A DNA stretch of 56,664 nt, filler included, from Sphacelaria rigidula (Eukaryota), in NCBI GenBank assembly GCA_964200075.2. It is 3 parts of 3 records of this genome, joined end to end, with 100 filler letters (N's around TTAATTAATTAA, not from the genome) between each part and the next. Parts side by side here need not be neighbours in the genome. Positions count along the whole stretch, not along the records: positions 1 to 18,828 come from CAXNAA020000781.1; 2 more parts are not named here. The stretch is one strand, 5' to 3'. The notes beneath the pieces were generated by a model. The model did no database searches and was not told the origin of the DNA. It was given only the letters and a program-made list of their open reading frames with translations. The translations under genes and the position numbers were made by a program. The number at the start of each line of letters is the position of its first letter. The first letter of the stretch is position 1. Below are positions 1 to 13,476 of the stretch, one piece after another.

Positions 1-1050
1 AGACACGAACTTAGCGCATCATTTTTCGATCGAAAAAGTGCCGCGGAAAACAAAACTTCCGATTTGATACGTCGTGATTTAAACCATCTTCAAAATTAAC
101 TACAACAGTTGAAATCACAACCCTATCAGATCGGAGTTTTCCTTTTCCACACTGCACGTATTTTATCGACAAATAACGTGCTCATACACACCCTGACTAG
201 ACTGTGGCGACCACCGAGCTATTCAAGCACACAAAAAGAAGAGATACCTGTGTTGCTATCAATGCAATATTTGCGACCGGCCTGCTGCCGTTCGTGTCTT
301 CAAGATAACCGCATTACCTTGCTATTGTTGTATTATAGAACGCTCAACAACATATATAAAAGTAGCCCAGACTCAGTCTGCAGTGGAGAGAGCGATGTCA
401 CACTGTTTTGCTCTGTGGTACTAACTAAGCCGCTGATGAAAAATGTCTACGTGTACGGTAAAATGACAGTATAAACAGTACAGCACGGGTAGTTGAGACG
501 ATGTGACACGCAGCGCACACGTCAGGAGAGTCACATGCTCGCAAGTCGATCCTCAGAACGCTTGGTCGAACATATTATCTTGTCGTTATCAAAACCCCAA
601 GGCTAACCATGATCCCAAATCTCAACCCAAGGCATACTGGTACGCTTTGGCAAGGGTGGGGTATACGGCGTGTGTTAGCGAAGCAAAACCACATCCGGCA
701 TACGCTGGCGACTGGGCACCTGGGGCTTTGGTTCCCCCCCAGACCCGAATGTGCTACCCCACACTAAGACCAAGTGTGTATATTTGTTCGACCATGGATT
801 TTGGTGACCAACCCGGGTGAACTCTACTGCATCAAATTATGCTCGAGGTGGGTCAACACTGACTGTCCCCCAAAGATCCAACATTGTACAACAACCAGGA
901 GTCGATTATATCAGTTTGTTTGCGAATATCGCAGGTGTGGTAGTAGTGTGTTGTCATCCCATTTATTCTGGGCGCCAGTCTGCACCTTTCGGTATATGTG
1001 GGCGCACCAGCCGGGGTCACACAGGAGGAAGGTCAACACAGGAGTTTGTA

Positions 1051-1300
1051 CTTTTTTGTTTGTTTTTAGTACCCCACCTTCAATCTGTGGTGCTTGTCTT
1101 TATTTTTTTATTGCGAAAGGGGTTCAGCAGTCCCTTTCCCTCGTCGACCGTTAAGTCGAATTTTGTGTACCCACGACATAGTCGCTCTCCACTGTTAGGC
1201 ATGTGAGAAAAAATGCTAGATTGCTCCAGGAATTGAACCCCGCTACTACTCAACGGTCAGAAGGTTTCGAGGTTACCAACTGAGCCACCGGGGCGACCGG
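1051..1300 (-). mobile_element. tRNA-derived SINE
   Basis: The minus strand begins CCGGTCGCCCCGGTGGCTCAGTTGGTAACC (Pol III A box TGGCTCAGTTGG), then B box GGTTCAATTCC, a non-tRNA body and an A-rich tail near 1051-1070. No full cloverleaf; no TSD found. Confidence 0.7.
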
Positions 1301-2042
1301 TTCAGTAGTGGTGTGCTCGAATTACAAAGAAAGCCTGAGAGCGTGTGTACCCCATGAAAATTGGTAGGCGTACATGAGCCCAGACTCAGCCTGCCGGCAC
1401 AAAAGTGGTCAAGCACTTTTGTGCACTCATTGCCACACAACTAGTCAAAAATGATCCACCTGTCCAAATGAAGAGTAGCTGTGCCGTGTGTCATTCGTCA
1501 GTACCTTTGAAACCAAATCGGTCACAGCTCATCTTGGTCAACTTTTCTTCGAACGCGCTTCATACTATAATGAGATACACTCAAATCAACTGCTTGACAT
1601 CGTTTTTGCCCAGATACAAGCGCACTGCGAGTGTTTCAGATTGTCTGATACATCTGGGAGTCCCTATTTTTCGTGGAATCAAACACCCGTCCCCCCCCCC
1701 CCATCGCAGGATCACTTCGTGCCACAGCTTCCATCAAAATTCGATTGTTTGCTGCTGTACCGCATGCTTGCAGTGAGGTTTGTAAATCATTCTCGTGGAC
1801 ATGTCACGTATATCCAGTATGAATATATATTCCGAGAAGCAGAATACGACAGCTGCGGTTGAGGTGATACTCAAGCTGCGTGGTCACGTGCATCAAAGCG
1901 TCCGTACTTAATAAGCGAAGGACACGGGTCACGGCTAGGGTGGCAATTAAGTCACTAAGTGTGTCACCTCTCGTCACTTGAGCAATATCCGGCGACGATA
2001 TGTACGAGCTGGACCAGCCGAGAAGCGATTCTGCAGTTTGCA

Positions 2043-2308
2043 GGCCCATTATACGGCCAATACTTGGAGCTGTGCCCTGAAATTGGGTATGGATAATGAG
2101 TAGGGCAAAATAAAAAAATTACTGGCGCACACAAGGTTTTTTTTTTTTTTCCATGAGTTAGGGGCATTTTACCGATATTTGAAAACTGATTATTGCCTTC
2201 ACTCATGAAAAAAAAACTTGTGCACGCCAGTATTTTTTTGTTATGCCCAGCTCATTGTCCATACCAATTTTCAGGGTTCAACTCCAAGTATTGGCCATAT
2301 AATGGGCC
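2043..2308. mobile_element. Palindromic (foldback) MITE
   Basis: About 120-bp imperfect inverted arms GGCCCATTATACGGCCAATACTTGGAG... / ...CTCCAAGTATTGGCCATATAATGGGCC around a ~27-nt loop. Confidence 0.75.
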
Positions 2309-3111
2309 GTTTAGTGACAGGGTCAGAAGAAATTCAGAACAGTATTTTGCAGGATATATACCGGCCCACGTTTGGTGTTTGTGTATTGAAATCTTGTGTG
2401 GGCGCTCTCTAAGGCATATTTAACAAAAGAAAGTGGGTTAGGTTGATTTTTTTCAATTTTTTCCACTGGTTTAGGGCGTTCTCCTATGGTAAAGACCATA
2501 TTTAACGAGAACGCCCTAACCTCTATGAAAATAAAATAAATGGAAGGCCCATTTTTATTTATTTATTCGGCACTCTTTTGTGGTTCTCCACACCAAAATT
2601 CGTCGCCATCCGCTAAGTGCATCGATCGGAAGCTTCATAGAGATTTTAGTATTGACGCTATCTCCCTTAGGTATAGGAATTACTAGACATGGGATTGAAT
2701 CAACGAGAAAATATGGGCCCAAGCTTTTGAGCAGATGGGCACCTTCCCCTTGATTAGACGATTAATACGATATGCGGACCACGGCCCAACTCGTCTGTGT
2801 CGATAAGATATTGCTTTTAGAGCTTAAATCAGTTTTTAGGCTGGCCCAGCTCGTAGTCGTCGCACGGAATCCGGTTTGGGCAGACAGAACCACATCGCCA
2901 TCGGGGCATGGCAGTGATTCATGTTCAGATTTCATGACATACAGTGAGCAAGATCCTCAAGGAGTGAATCAAGGGAATGAGTCATGACTCTTCAGACGCT
3001 GCTACGCGACTCTGTGCGCAGCACAACACGGTATTCCCGGCTTGCGTGTGCTACAGTAGTGTCCACTTCGTTCGAATCCAGAGCACGGTACAGTAAAACG
3101 TGTGCTAGGAA

Positions 3112-3402
3112 TGTTTTCGCGAGATTGGGAGTAGAGCGTTGATTGAGAGTGGATTTTATCATTCGCTTTAATATTATCAATGTTCCAATATCTGTGTGCT
3201 CTTCTTTTCCTGTGACACTGGCGTGTGCTTACTGCTACTCGTCCATGTCCTTCTCAGGGATATCAAGGGCTTCAGTGGCAAGCTTTACTACAGAAAGCGT
3301 ATCGGAACTCGTGAAGGGACATTTCGGATATGAAGCGATTCATTCATATATTGACCGTTTCTCACTCTCAATCGTATCATCTCCCCTCAATCTCACAAAA
3401 AA
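3112..3402. mobile_element. MITE family A, copy 1 (TIR ~TGTTTTCGTGAGATTG)
   Basis: Shares the core CACTGGCGTGTGCTTAC...TCAAGGGCTTCAGTGGCA with 14552-14822 and 16274-16568. The ends are imperfect inverted repeats. Confidence 0.7.
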
Positions 3403-3787
3403 ATTGTTTGCTGCGCACACTAGGGTAAATAAAAAAATATCAAGCAAAAGGACTCGCCCCTCATCATATCTTTCAGCGCGACTCAACGTGTGGAACAACA
3501 TCGCCCTCTGACAGTCCCGATGAAAACGGGTGAGAGGGCCTCGGGGTGGTTGGCGGGACTACTGAAATCAAGATATATAAACAGAGTAAATATCATCACA
3601 CGAACACTAATGTAGGTATCGATTGAACACTCACTTCAAAACAGGGTGGACCACAAATCCACCTTTTTCGCGCTGCCACGGAGATAGAGTAAGAACTTTC
3701 GCCCAACAACACATTCGCCCGGTGACCCGACGATGCAGCCGCCAATCGACGTGCAAGGGCATGGTCCCGTTGGTTTTCGTGGCAAGG

Positions 3788-4048
3788 GAGTGGTTCTGCG
3801 GTAGGGGCGCACAAATATTCCGCGAGGTTGTAGTTTTTTAGGAGCCCTTTATCCCCTCCAAAATTCGACTTGTGAAATGCGTGACAGCACGCCACGATTA
3901 GCGTTTTGATGGGCTATTATAGTGACATCCTGCATGAATTTGAAGACGGGAAAACCCTCACCATATTCTTGTGTTGCTCCTAACTTTTGGAGCCCCTGAA
4001 TGTGAAAAATTTGGGCCCAAATGTGCAACCCCTACCGTAGCATGCCTC
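3788..4048. mobile_element. GAG...CTC-ended MITE (Sola2-like), degenerate copy
   Basis: TIRs GAGTGGTTCTGCGGTAGGGGCGCAC / GTGCAACCCCTACCGTAGCATGCCTC, same family as 15367-15620 and 40403-40655. TSD imperfect. Confidence 0.6.
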
Positions 4049-4749
4049 AAAGTTTAGTTTACAGAGCAGCAGCAGAGAGACATCAACAGTGCAGTACAGA
4101 TCGTACACTGTGGCGTGGGGTGGGCGGGTAGCTGTTACTAGGGGGTAGGCTGCTGGCTGGCACGATAGAGTGCGCAATGCTTGAACTTCATGCTGTGGCT
4201 AACTGACTCGCATGTGACTGACTGATGGTTGCTCTTTCTCACAAGGATCACGATGAACCTTTTCATGAGCATAAAAACCGAAAAGTCACCAAATCGCTTG
4301 CATCGTGGCATCGCCACACTGAGTGAGCTATAGTCGTTGCCTACAGCGCGGCTGACCGGTGCTCAACCTCTTATGTACGCGGCGTGTCATGTATGCACCA
4401 CGGTAGTCTTGCCTAGCAAGCCCGAAGCAATTCAAATAGAAACAACAACAAAAAGAGGAGGGAGATCCTGGAATACTAAAATCTATATACAAACGGACGT
4501 TCATCCCTGACACCTTTGTACAGGAGCCGGTCCACGGGTGATATACGGCATTTCGCGCCCCTAGAGTTGCAAACCGGTGGGGAAAACACGATATTCTGCA
4601 AGATAACACAATGATTTCCTCTCGCAGGAGAGTAGAGAAAAAAGCCGCACTGTGACTTCGAGTTCAAGTCTTGATAAAACAAGCCGCTGGGACATGAAGC
4701 AGCGCTATCGCACACCGAGGATTCCCATGCCTGTCGACCCTCCACTTGA

Positions 4750-7542
4750 CTAATTGTCGAGGACGAGTGCCTTCCCTCTCTCAAACGTCAAGAACGACTG
4801 CACGCTAATTCGGGTCCCGATGGGAAAGCCCTGCGCGGCATGCGGCCGCTGCACACACAACACTACGAGGTCCCCAGGCAACACGCGTATTTGCTGCGGG
4901 CGCGGAAACTTTCTCCGCAGCAAGGCCTGTCCCTCTTGACCCTGGACCGTGAGATGCGACAACGTCTGGGCGTGTCGGTAAAAATCCCAGCGAGATTTAA
5001 TCGCCACTGGCCATATCGCAAGCTCCCCGCCAGTAGGTGGAACCTTGAGATACACGTTTGCGCTGAACGTGCCTCGATCTTCAACCATAGGTGCCAATTC
5101 GTCCACGTGCACGAAACCGTCCACATATTGCGTCGGGCCTCGCATGACCCTCGCCACCCCGGCCAAGAAAGACTTCCCTTCTGCATTTTTGCGGACCGTT
5201 GCTCCTTCCGGCCATACCTCGTCTAGCTCTAGTCTCAGCTTGTCCAGCGGGCCTAGCGGGGGCGGCTGATCAGGCTGGGTGGTTTCGCGCCACCAGCGCA
5301 TGTGGGACACGGCGCTGTCGAAGTAGTCTGACATGATGCAATTACCGCAATTCACACGGACGGCAAGGAGCAAGTGAAAGGTAGTGTCGGGTGAGTACGA
5401 AGCCTTTTAGCGACGAATGTGTTGATAAGCAACGTTTCACGTAACAACAACACCCTTTGCCAAATTTCGCGGTATGAAAAGACCACACGAACGGGATAGG
5501 TCTACTATTGAGTCGACTATAGTCTGACTTACTTTGGGCGTGAAGATGTTGTGCAATGGTGCACGTTGTGAGGGGAAGTCGGCATCGACACAGCGGGTCG
5601 CACAAGCACGGCGAGATACGGACTATGGGAGTGTACGTATGCTGGGCCGATACGAATGTGTGGAGAGCCCACACAGTCGACAGCAGAAGACATGGTACAA
5701 ATGGTAGTCCCTTGCATTTTCCAGCATTTTCTCTGGGCTCATGGGCGACATGTAGGAAACTCGATGCTTCGTAGAGAAAACATTCGAGGGGGAACGGTTG
5801 GCGCATTAGCTTTGAAGCACGCTCTCGCATTCAACAGGATTCGGTCATATTCGCCACGAGAGTGAACGCTACTCACAGGTGGCAACACTAGAGAGTACGA
5901 TGCAAACCAAAACAGTCGCACAACGCGCCGACTACAGCGTCAGTGGGCCGTTTGCAAAGGTACCGACACCTGCGACACAGAACACCCAGGTATTTTCAAT
6001 TGGCGGACTGGTTGATGCAGCAGCTTGTCGCGTCCAATATTGGCGCGGTGAGTGGTCGGGCGTGTCAGATCTCCACCTTGAAAACCAGTTTACGGCCGGT
6101 CGTATCTGAGCTTTCGCCGGTCGACCATCGATAATACGAGGTGTTACTGATCATGAAGGGCGTGTGAACAGGTTTGCACGCATTTCAAATCTCCACACAC
6201 ATACCCCCCTGGAATTAAAATTCGGTGGATTTGAAGGGAAGGTGGAGGCGGGTGATATCCGCGGCATATGTTGCGCTACTCCCAAGTATAAGAGTTATCT
6301 TCCAGCGGGAGGCGGGCATGCACAGTACAGCAGGAACCGAGGTCGTGAGTGTGGAGCGTTACACGTAGTGTTGGCCAATAAAAAACTAGTACTCTCAAGA
6401 GTTTTCATGCTCAGTAGGGGTTCCATCGTAGGGGGGTAAAACATCTTGTCACAAGTCCGAAACGCTATACAAATATCAACTGACTGCACTACACCAGTAG
6501 AGTGCGGGGTGCTGTCATGCCGGTACTGCAGTGTCATGTTGTGCGGACTCTTAGAATGGCATATTGTGGTGAGCCACCTGCAGGTTAGGGTAGATTCATT
6601 CGCACTGCCTGTTCTTACCCTTGTCGACCCCGTGTGTTGTTATCCACAGACAATACTACCACTGTGCTACCAGGCAGAGTACCTAGGGTCACGCAATGGA
6701 AGCAGACAGCGTACGGTAAAATACTATTACGCCAAAAATCAAGAAGCACCTGCATTAGTTGACGTACAGCGACTGGCGCAGTTCTGGAAAAAGCGAGGCT
6801 TTTGAGAGGGTAATGTTGAATCAACTTTCCTCCCCGGGGAAGGGATGTTTCCGATTCCAATGTAAGGGGACTCCTGGTGTGCACCGAATTGCGCGGAACC
6901 CTGCGCAGCATATACCGCCACCGGATCTAATTCCACCGATGCGGAAAACCCACATTCTGCTGGCGTACGGTGCTGCTTCCCGATTTTTCGACTGCGTTGT
7001 CCGTGATCCATTCGGCCGCCAAGAGTTTGTGCATGCTACGGCATAAGCCTTCCAATCATCAAGGCTCCAGGCGGAACCAACGCGCATGCGGAAACATAAA
7101 TCCGGAAAGCCTCCAGTACCACAGTAAGACCCTCGCGACCGAGGTTGATCATAGTGGCAGACAAACCTTGCAAGGCCGCTGGTCCCTCCTGAGCTGCAAC
7201 ATTGTATGGCTTCCCCACACTCAACACATCGCTGCTTTCCAGCCCACGCGGAGAGGAAACCTTCCAGTTCTGCGTCGACTGACCCTCCAGCCTCGCTGCA
7301 CACTGCGCGCCCGCTTGTGTTGGGTAGAACCCCGGCACATGCACGGCACAAGCCTCGTGCTTGAACAATGCCGTCAGAGAGGCTCGATCGAGCGTGTCGG
7401 TGGTTATAACACCCACCGAAGGCTGCTCGAAAAGGTCTTCGATGTGCCCGAACCGCCTTTCGAGCTCCCTCGCAAAACTCGCAACACCCTCTCGCCGTCG
7501 AGACGTGGCTAACAAACCGCCCAGCTCCCTCATGCGCTTCAT
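4750..7542 (-). CDS. 2-oxoglutarate/Fe(II)-dependent oxygenase, 2 exons (7542-7167, 5327-4750), ~317 aa
   Basis: Donor CAAG|GTTTGT at 7167 and acceptor TCAG|AC at 5327 join in phase (954 nt). There is an in-frame stop upstream of the ATG. Motifs: HVD (HxD), NVYL..P..GGEL, PGDLVVL...PH (distal His) and R-x-S (TRIS), typical of the DSBH 2OG oxygenase fold. Substrate unknown. Confidence 0.8.
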
Positions 7543-7921
7543 GCGTGTACTCTAGCCGATGTTACTCTGCTGTTCGTACCGCCACTCTAGGGTAGCACTG
7601 CACACCGGTGGGGTTCATTCAGTACGTCCCAGCAGTGTCCGATTTTACAGCAGCTTTACTTCCCGTCCAAAGTGATCCTGGGATGTACAAAACCGACGAC
7701 CTCTGTCTTCATGAATCAATGAAGGCCTTGTGTGGTCGATCTCTGTAGCCTAGGCCTATAGCCAGCGAGCAACAGCGTGTGAGTCGCAGCTGCTGTGGTG
7801 ATGTGTTTCGTTCACCTCGGAATCTCGCCGCATTTTTCACCTCGTTCAGTCATTATCCACATCCATGATCCTCACCCTTCCGGCCCCCATTGACCCGCCG
7901 TCAACAGCACGTGCACCTGTC
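7543..7921. promoter_or_regulatory. Probable bidirectional promoter region
   Basis: Only 379 bp separate the divergent start codons of the oxygenase (7542) and VPS36 (7922). Confidence 0.55.
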
Positions 7922-10900
7922 ATGGAGGCCAAGCCACACGATTTCGACAGTCTTATCAAGCCATTCGAGCTCACGGCCGGGGGTCTGCCGAAGCTTCTCC
8001 CTGATGAAATAGAAATTACCACCAAAGAGTGAGTGCAAATTGTGACTGCCAGAATGCCGTAGATTAAGAACAATTTGGGGGCTGATCTCTGCGCAAAGTG
8101 CGAGATGATGGTCTACACACTACAGCGCATCACTGTACAGTGTGAGAGACTATGTTGCATTCTGCCAAGCGTGTGAGGAATTTATGCAGACCTACGACAC
8201 AGGCTGTTTGGTTCATATCGATTTCGCGACAACAGCCCGCATGATCGTAGCTCCTGTGTCACATTATATTACTTCAATATTCTCCCTTACGGTGTCAGTC
8301 GTGCACTACTCGTACAGTGTCCTCGGCGACGGCTATCATGTACTCATGCTGGCATCCTTGCAACCACTAATGCAGGCCAATAACAGAGCCCGTTCCGTGT
8401 GTGCTGCAGTTGGGCAATCGAGAGACTGACATTACTTTCTCTTCTCTCTCGACATTCAACGCATCTAATCTCGCTGCCAGGGTGGTGGTCTCCGTATAAC
8501 CTTTACTGGAATTATGGGAAAAGGAGAGAAGAAAAACCGCCCCTCTACGAGTTTTAAACTCCCGGAAACACATCTGGACGTCCTTACTTTCCCACAGAGA
8601 CTGTCCTGTAGTGTTCTGTTCACGCAGTTCATAGGCTGTAGCGCTGATCGAACAGCAAAAGTCGGCGCGTGTGCTGTGTGTTTTCTGAAGTAGTGAGCAC
8701 TATCACTCCAAAGATGAGCGTGACTGAGAATGTTTTTGCCTTGCTGCACGTGCGTTGAAAGTTGAAAGCTCGTTGGGGTGGGCGGTGAAGACGGTTTCAC
8801 TGGTAGGCCCATGGTCATGACTGTACACCAGTCCAAAGTTCTGCGCTACTCTGCACCTACGCACTCCTCGTCGTCTCCGCGTACTGCCTGTGTACATTTC
8901 CTATGTATGGGCTTCACTGCAGCGAATGGAATACACCCGAACACACCCACAAATCGGTGCGTTTTAATCGTGAGGTTTTGGAGGGCGAGGGGAAAGACGG
9001 GCAGCAAACAATGTTGTGGCCTTGGTGACTGTTCGTTGCACCGCCCCGCGCGAGAATCAACATGCATCCCAGAACCCAAGCCGCAGGCATGGGAGCATCA
9101 CATATGTCCCATGGTGCTCAACGGAAGCAATGTTAACCCTTTGACCGCGAGGGTAGGTCACCTGCTGAATCAGCATAAATTTCACTTGAAACGAGTGTGC
9201 GTGATCGACACGGACTACCCGCATCGCGGTCTGAGGGTTAATCGCCAACATCACCGTACAGCGGAAGATGGTCGTTGCCGATTATGAAAGTTTTGAGTAA
9301 TATCTCAGCGTGACTTGTAAAACAGCAGAGTCGTCGCCGCTCGCAAGATACCTCATGCTCTTGCAAAAAAACAGGCTGAATACGGGAGATAACACCTCGG
9401 GGTTGCGATTCCTTACAAAATCCTTGTGCAATTCTATATGCTCGCACATACACCCCATGATATCGATCGAAAAATCGGCGTGGTATCAACTTGTTGTCTA
9501 TTTTCCAGCACACACTGACGCATCCTGTTAGACTGTGGAGTGGCACGGGGTCGATTTTCCCGTGTGGCACGTCGGCTGAAGTCCATGTACCCCCACCAAT
9601 TTCGACGTCTGGATCTTGACCGAAATCGCGATTTATAAATGTTTCGCACACCGTCACAGCTTCACGGTGTCAACACCTTCAACCGATGTGGCCAAAAAGT
9701 ACGCTCCCCAGTGATCCAGGTTTGCCATCAGCATCATCTATGTGTACATCAGACCTTCGTAGTTGAAGCTGAGCGAAAAATTGTGCGAGTGGGTGGTGCG
9801 TTGACGGGTGCCATATGCGGCCCTTTCGCGCTCGCTTCCCCCGTTATAAACAAAAATCGCCGAATTCACCCGTCTGATTTCTGTCATAAAATTTGTTTGC
9901 TTTGTCCATAATTATTGTCGCAGATTGCAACACAGGTGATATATGTATGGTATGCGTGTCCTTTTTTTTTCTGCAACAGCGCTCATGAATATGTATAGAT
10001 ATGTAGGTGTGTGTATTTGTATGGCGATCGTTGAGACCCCACCCTCTCCTTCTGCTCCTCATTGTTTGGAACGCAGAGAGGCGCACTTGTACGCATGCAC
10101 GGGAGAAAAGGCTGATGAGAGGTTACGGGGTGGAACGGCCACCCTCACCACACACCGGATTCTGTGGTTCGACAGATCCCACCGAGGACACCCGGTCAAC
10201 GTTTGCATACAACTATGGGGTAAGCAACGTAGGGACGTCCGACGTACAGGGTGATTTACGCCGCCGAGAGATTTGCGGTACGGTGCAGGATGATGGACAG
10301 GTTGCTGCATGTAACGTACCATGCACGCACTTGCATGGACGATATATCTATACGGCGCCTTTTTTCTGTTCTGCGCTCGGGTGACTGTTGTTGAAGCACG
10401 CCTTGTTATCGTGCCCGGAATGCTGACGGGAACCGCGCGGTGCACCATGTACCAGGTGCACATGGCGCAATAGAGTTGATCTTCTGAAGTAGGATGGGTA
10501 AACAGGTCACTAACGTGCACAAGCCAGCACCTTCGGTGTGTCTTGTTTCCATTTCCACATTTTCATCGATAATAGCTAACGGGAAAGGCCTAGACTGAGG
10601 ACAGCGTTTTCACTCCCCGTCAAACAAGCTGCCCTCCTGTGCTGTTCATGATCTGTCTCACGGCACAGTATTGAGAAAAAAACTTGTCTGCCTCGTTCCT
10701 CGCCACAGCTAGCGTGCTCTCACGGCTTGCTTCCTGCGCACTCCTCGTTCCCCGTACCGCTTCCTCGCGACGCAATCTCTATTTTCACATGTACAGATAT
10801 CCGAGACGCGAGGCCACGAGCACGACGGGTCCTGAAATCATCGTCCAAGATAAACATATTTCCCACCGGTCAGGCCGACAGCGAGTTTCCAGGTGCCCGC

Positions 10901-13476
10901 TCGCCTACAAATTGGTCATGCATATTCTCGATACTCCCGGGGTAGCATGTGCGCGTCCCATCGATAGAGTGAACCTGGGCTTCAATGCACACGTCGCATT
11001 GTGCCGGTCGCCTCGGGGCCATTAGAATATTCATACCGCACTCATCACTGCGCTCGGAATCGGATAGTGTGCCAACGCCTGCGACTCTCTCACGCTTGAA
11101 TATGTCTTCCCGTTCTCGTGTCCGTCTCTACTCACAGTAGAACTTGTCCTTGACTCCCTCCTTGGCAGTGTACTTCCTCTGTCCCATAAGTAAAGGTCCT
11201 TCAGGTTACGCAGACCCTTGACGCTGTCCGACGCCGTAGCCGTAGGCGGTATTTTTTTTAGTATTCGGTGTTTTTTTACTTAGAACCCGTAGATATATAT
11301 ATATATATATATATATATTTGCACGCACCACCCTGCATGCATGAACGGCCATAAAAAAAGTAATCGGTCCAAAAAAAGCCATATTTCGCCCCCTTTCCAG
11401 GGACGAAAGAGTGTCGAAACAAAAAACGAAGAAACATTTTCGTTTGTCGTCCTCGCCGTCACTGGTGCTTGATGCTAGATACTCCCAGGGCGTTGCAAAG
11501 ACTTTCTGATCATATTTCACCACCTTTTCTAACATTCCTGCCTTCTGATTTGATCGATTGATTGGTTGATCACTCGTCAAACTTTAACTGACCCCCCAGG
11601 GATTCAGCGGTGGTCACATGATAGACCCAAGACAAAACTAAACTAAAGCGCGTCGATACCCCGGTATGCTCCACACCGAAGTCGTCATCGCCCATCGCGC
11701 GTAGTATTTGGTTGTAAACCTTAAAGAGTCTCTGCCAAACCTGTTCCAGCGTGTCACTGTCGTACTCCCTGTACTGCCAGAAGATCGTCTCCACTATCTC
11801 GGTTTCGTTGATCTGAGCTTTGCGCTCGGACCGATGTTTTTTTGGGTAGCCAGCGCCAACACCGTAACGCTCCGCGATGGGGGCTATAGCGCCCTTGGGC
11901 ACCCTTGATTTGCCTGGTGGAATGGCCAACGCTACCTTCACCGCCATGGCGTAACGGCGGCCCAACGATACTTCGGCGCCTCGTTTACATATTGGGGGGT
12001 ATCCATCGTGGTTGTGGGATGCGGTTGGCCTCCGAACGTCGTAAATAACATAAATTCTCGAAAACAAACTCGGTAAAAACTCGACAAATTCTCAAAAACC
12101 CACCAAATTTCCCACTTCTTTACCCACTATTTCTCAGAAAGTTCGAGACGTTTTTTTTTTAATTTAAATGAGCATCACCGTATCGAGAGCTTTTCAGCAA
12201 GCCTAACTTTGGCATCGTAGGCAACTCCATCGGCGAGATATGAATTGCCCCCCATAAGGACCTTTACTTATGGGACAGAGGAAGTATCCCCCTGCGGGTT
12301 CTTCACGGGAGTGTTGAGGCATGGTATCATGTATTCGTCTTGATTTACACCCAGCAGCGCGCACATGGCAGAAAAACGCGCTAATCCTAGTCCTAACCGT
12401 CATCCTCCGTTAGTCGTTTTTGCCCATCTCCTTTCCCCCGCCTTCCTTTCCCCCCTCCCTCCCATCGTGCACGTACTATGCCCCAACCCCGAACCTCAGC
12501 CGTGATGATTTCCGTCAAAGGTCGGGACGAGTTCTTCTCTCACCTGCAATCCGCGCTGGCGCGAAAGGGCTGGATCAAGGAGACAGCTGCTGAGGTCATG
12601 GGGAGGCGGGCGGAGGGGGGAAGCAGGGCCTCCGGCGCTGGCATCGCCGGTATCCTCCGTAGGCAAGAGGCAAACCGGAAGGCAACTAGTGAGATCGCAA
12701 CGGAGGCCTTTTCCGATCTGCAGAGCCTCATCGACAAGGCAAAGGAGGTGGTGGCCGTGGTGGAGAGGTACTCGGCCGTGCTTCAGGACAAGCAGGCGGC
12801 GGCGGCGACTTCGGAAGAGGGTAAAGCGGGGGGTACGGGAGGGGGAAGGGATGCAGATGATAGAGAAGCTGAGGACTTGAGCAACATCCTTCTCGACATT
12901 GGTATTGCGAGTCCTGTTACCAAGCTCACCGCAGGGACGAGGTATCACCAGCAGCTGGCCCGGCAGCTGGCCGACTTCTTGTCTTCACCGCCGGGAGGTA
13001 GGAAGGGGGCGAGGACGATCATAGACCGCTTCGGCGGTATGATGACTCTAGCCGACGTATTCTCCATCTTCAACCGCGCGCGCGGGACGGAGCTCGTCTC
13101 TCCCGCGGATTTGCTGGCCACCGCTAAACTGCTCGGGCCCACGCGACTGGGGATGTCGCTGCGGCGGTTCGGCTCTGGGGTAATGGTTATCCAAGCGGAC
13201 ACGCACAGCGATAGGGCTCTGGGTGAGAGACTCGTGGAGGCAGCGAAGGCAGGCGAAGGGCGATGGGGTGACGGCGTCGTAGCGACGCAGGTGGCGAGGG
13301 ATTTGAGAGTGTCGGTTACTCTTGCGGTGGAACACCTGAAGACTGCGGAGGCGAGCGGGCTGCTTTGTCGGGATGACGGGGTGGAGGGCACGAGGTTTTA
13401 CGTGAACGAGTTTGGTGGTTTTTTGAAAACGTTGGAGGAGTCGAAGGAGGGCGAGCAGGGAGTGTCTGGTCGATAG
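7922..13476 (+). CDS. VPS36: ESCRT-II subunit VPS36/EAP45, 4 exons (7922-8028, 10077-10219, 10797-10868, 12500-13476), ~432 aa
   Basis: GT-AG junctions all in phase (1299 nt). GLUE-like N-terminus (ELTAGGLPKLLPDEIE; GTATLTTHRILW; SSSKI). EAP30/winged-helix region motifs AGIAGILRR, EAFSDLQSLIDKAKEVV, GIASPVTK, YHQQLARQLADFL, FNRARGTELVSPADL, GLLCRDDGVEGTRFYVN. Confidence 0.93.
11293..11318. repeat. (AT)n microsatellite
   Basis: Uninterrupted ATAT run in VPS36 intron 3. Confidence 0.9.
11482..12150 (-). mobile_element. Internally deleted Tc1/mariner (DD39D/Stowaway-type) relic in VPS36 intron 3
   Basis: ORF 11570-12067 fuses an HTH-like start (GAIAPIAERYGV) to a mariner-like C-terminus (YDSDTLEQVWQRLFKVYNQILRAMGDDDFGVEH). 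Left end TA|CTCCCAGGGCGTTGCAAAGACTTTCTGA; only a partial inverted match (TCAGAAAGT) near 12134. Confidence 0.55.

Noticed and set aside
1215-1300. tRNA gene
   Set aside because: A and B boxes are present but there is no acceptor stem or cloverleaf; it continues into a SINE body.
9050-9910. Minus-strand coding relic (possible transposase) in VPS36 intron 1
   Set aside because: Frames are broken and no diagnostic motif could be recognised with confidence.
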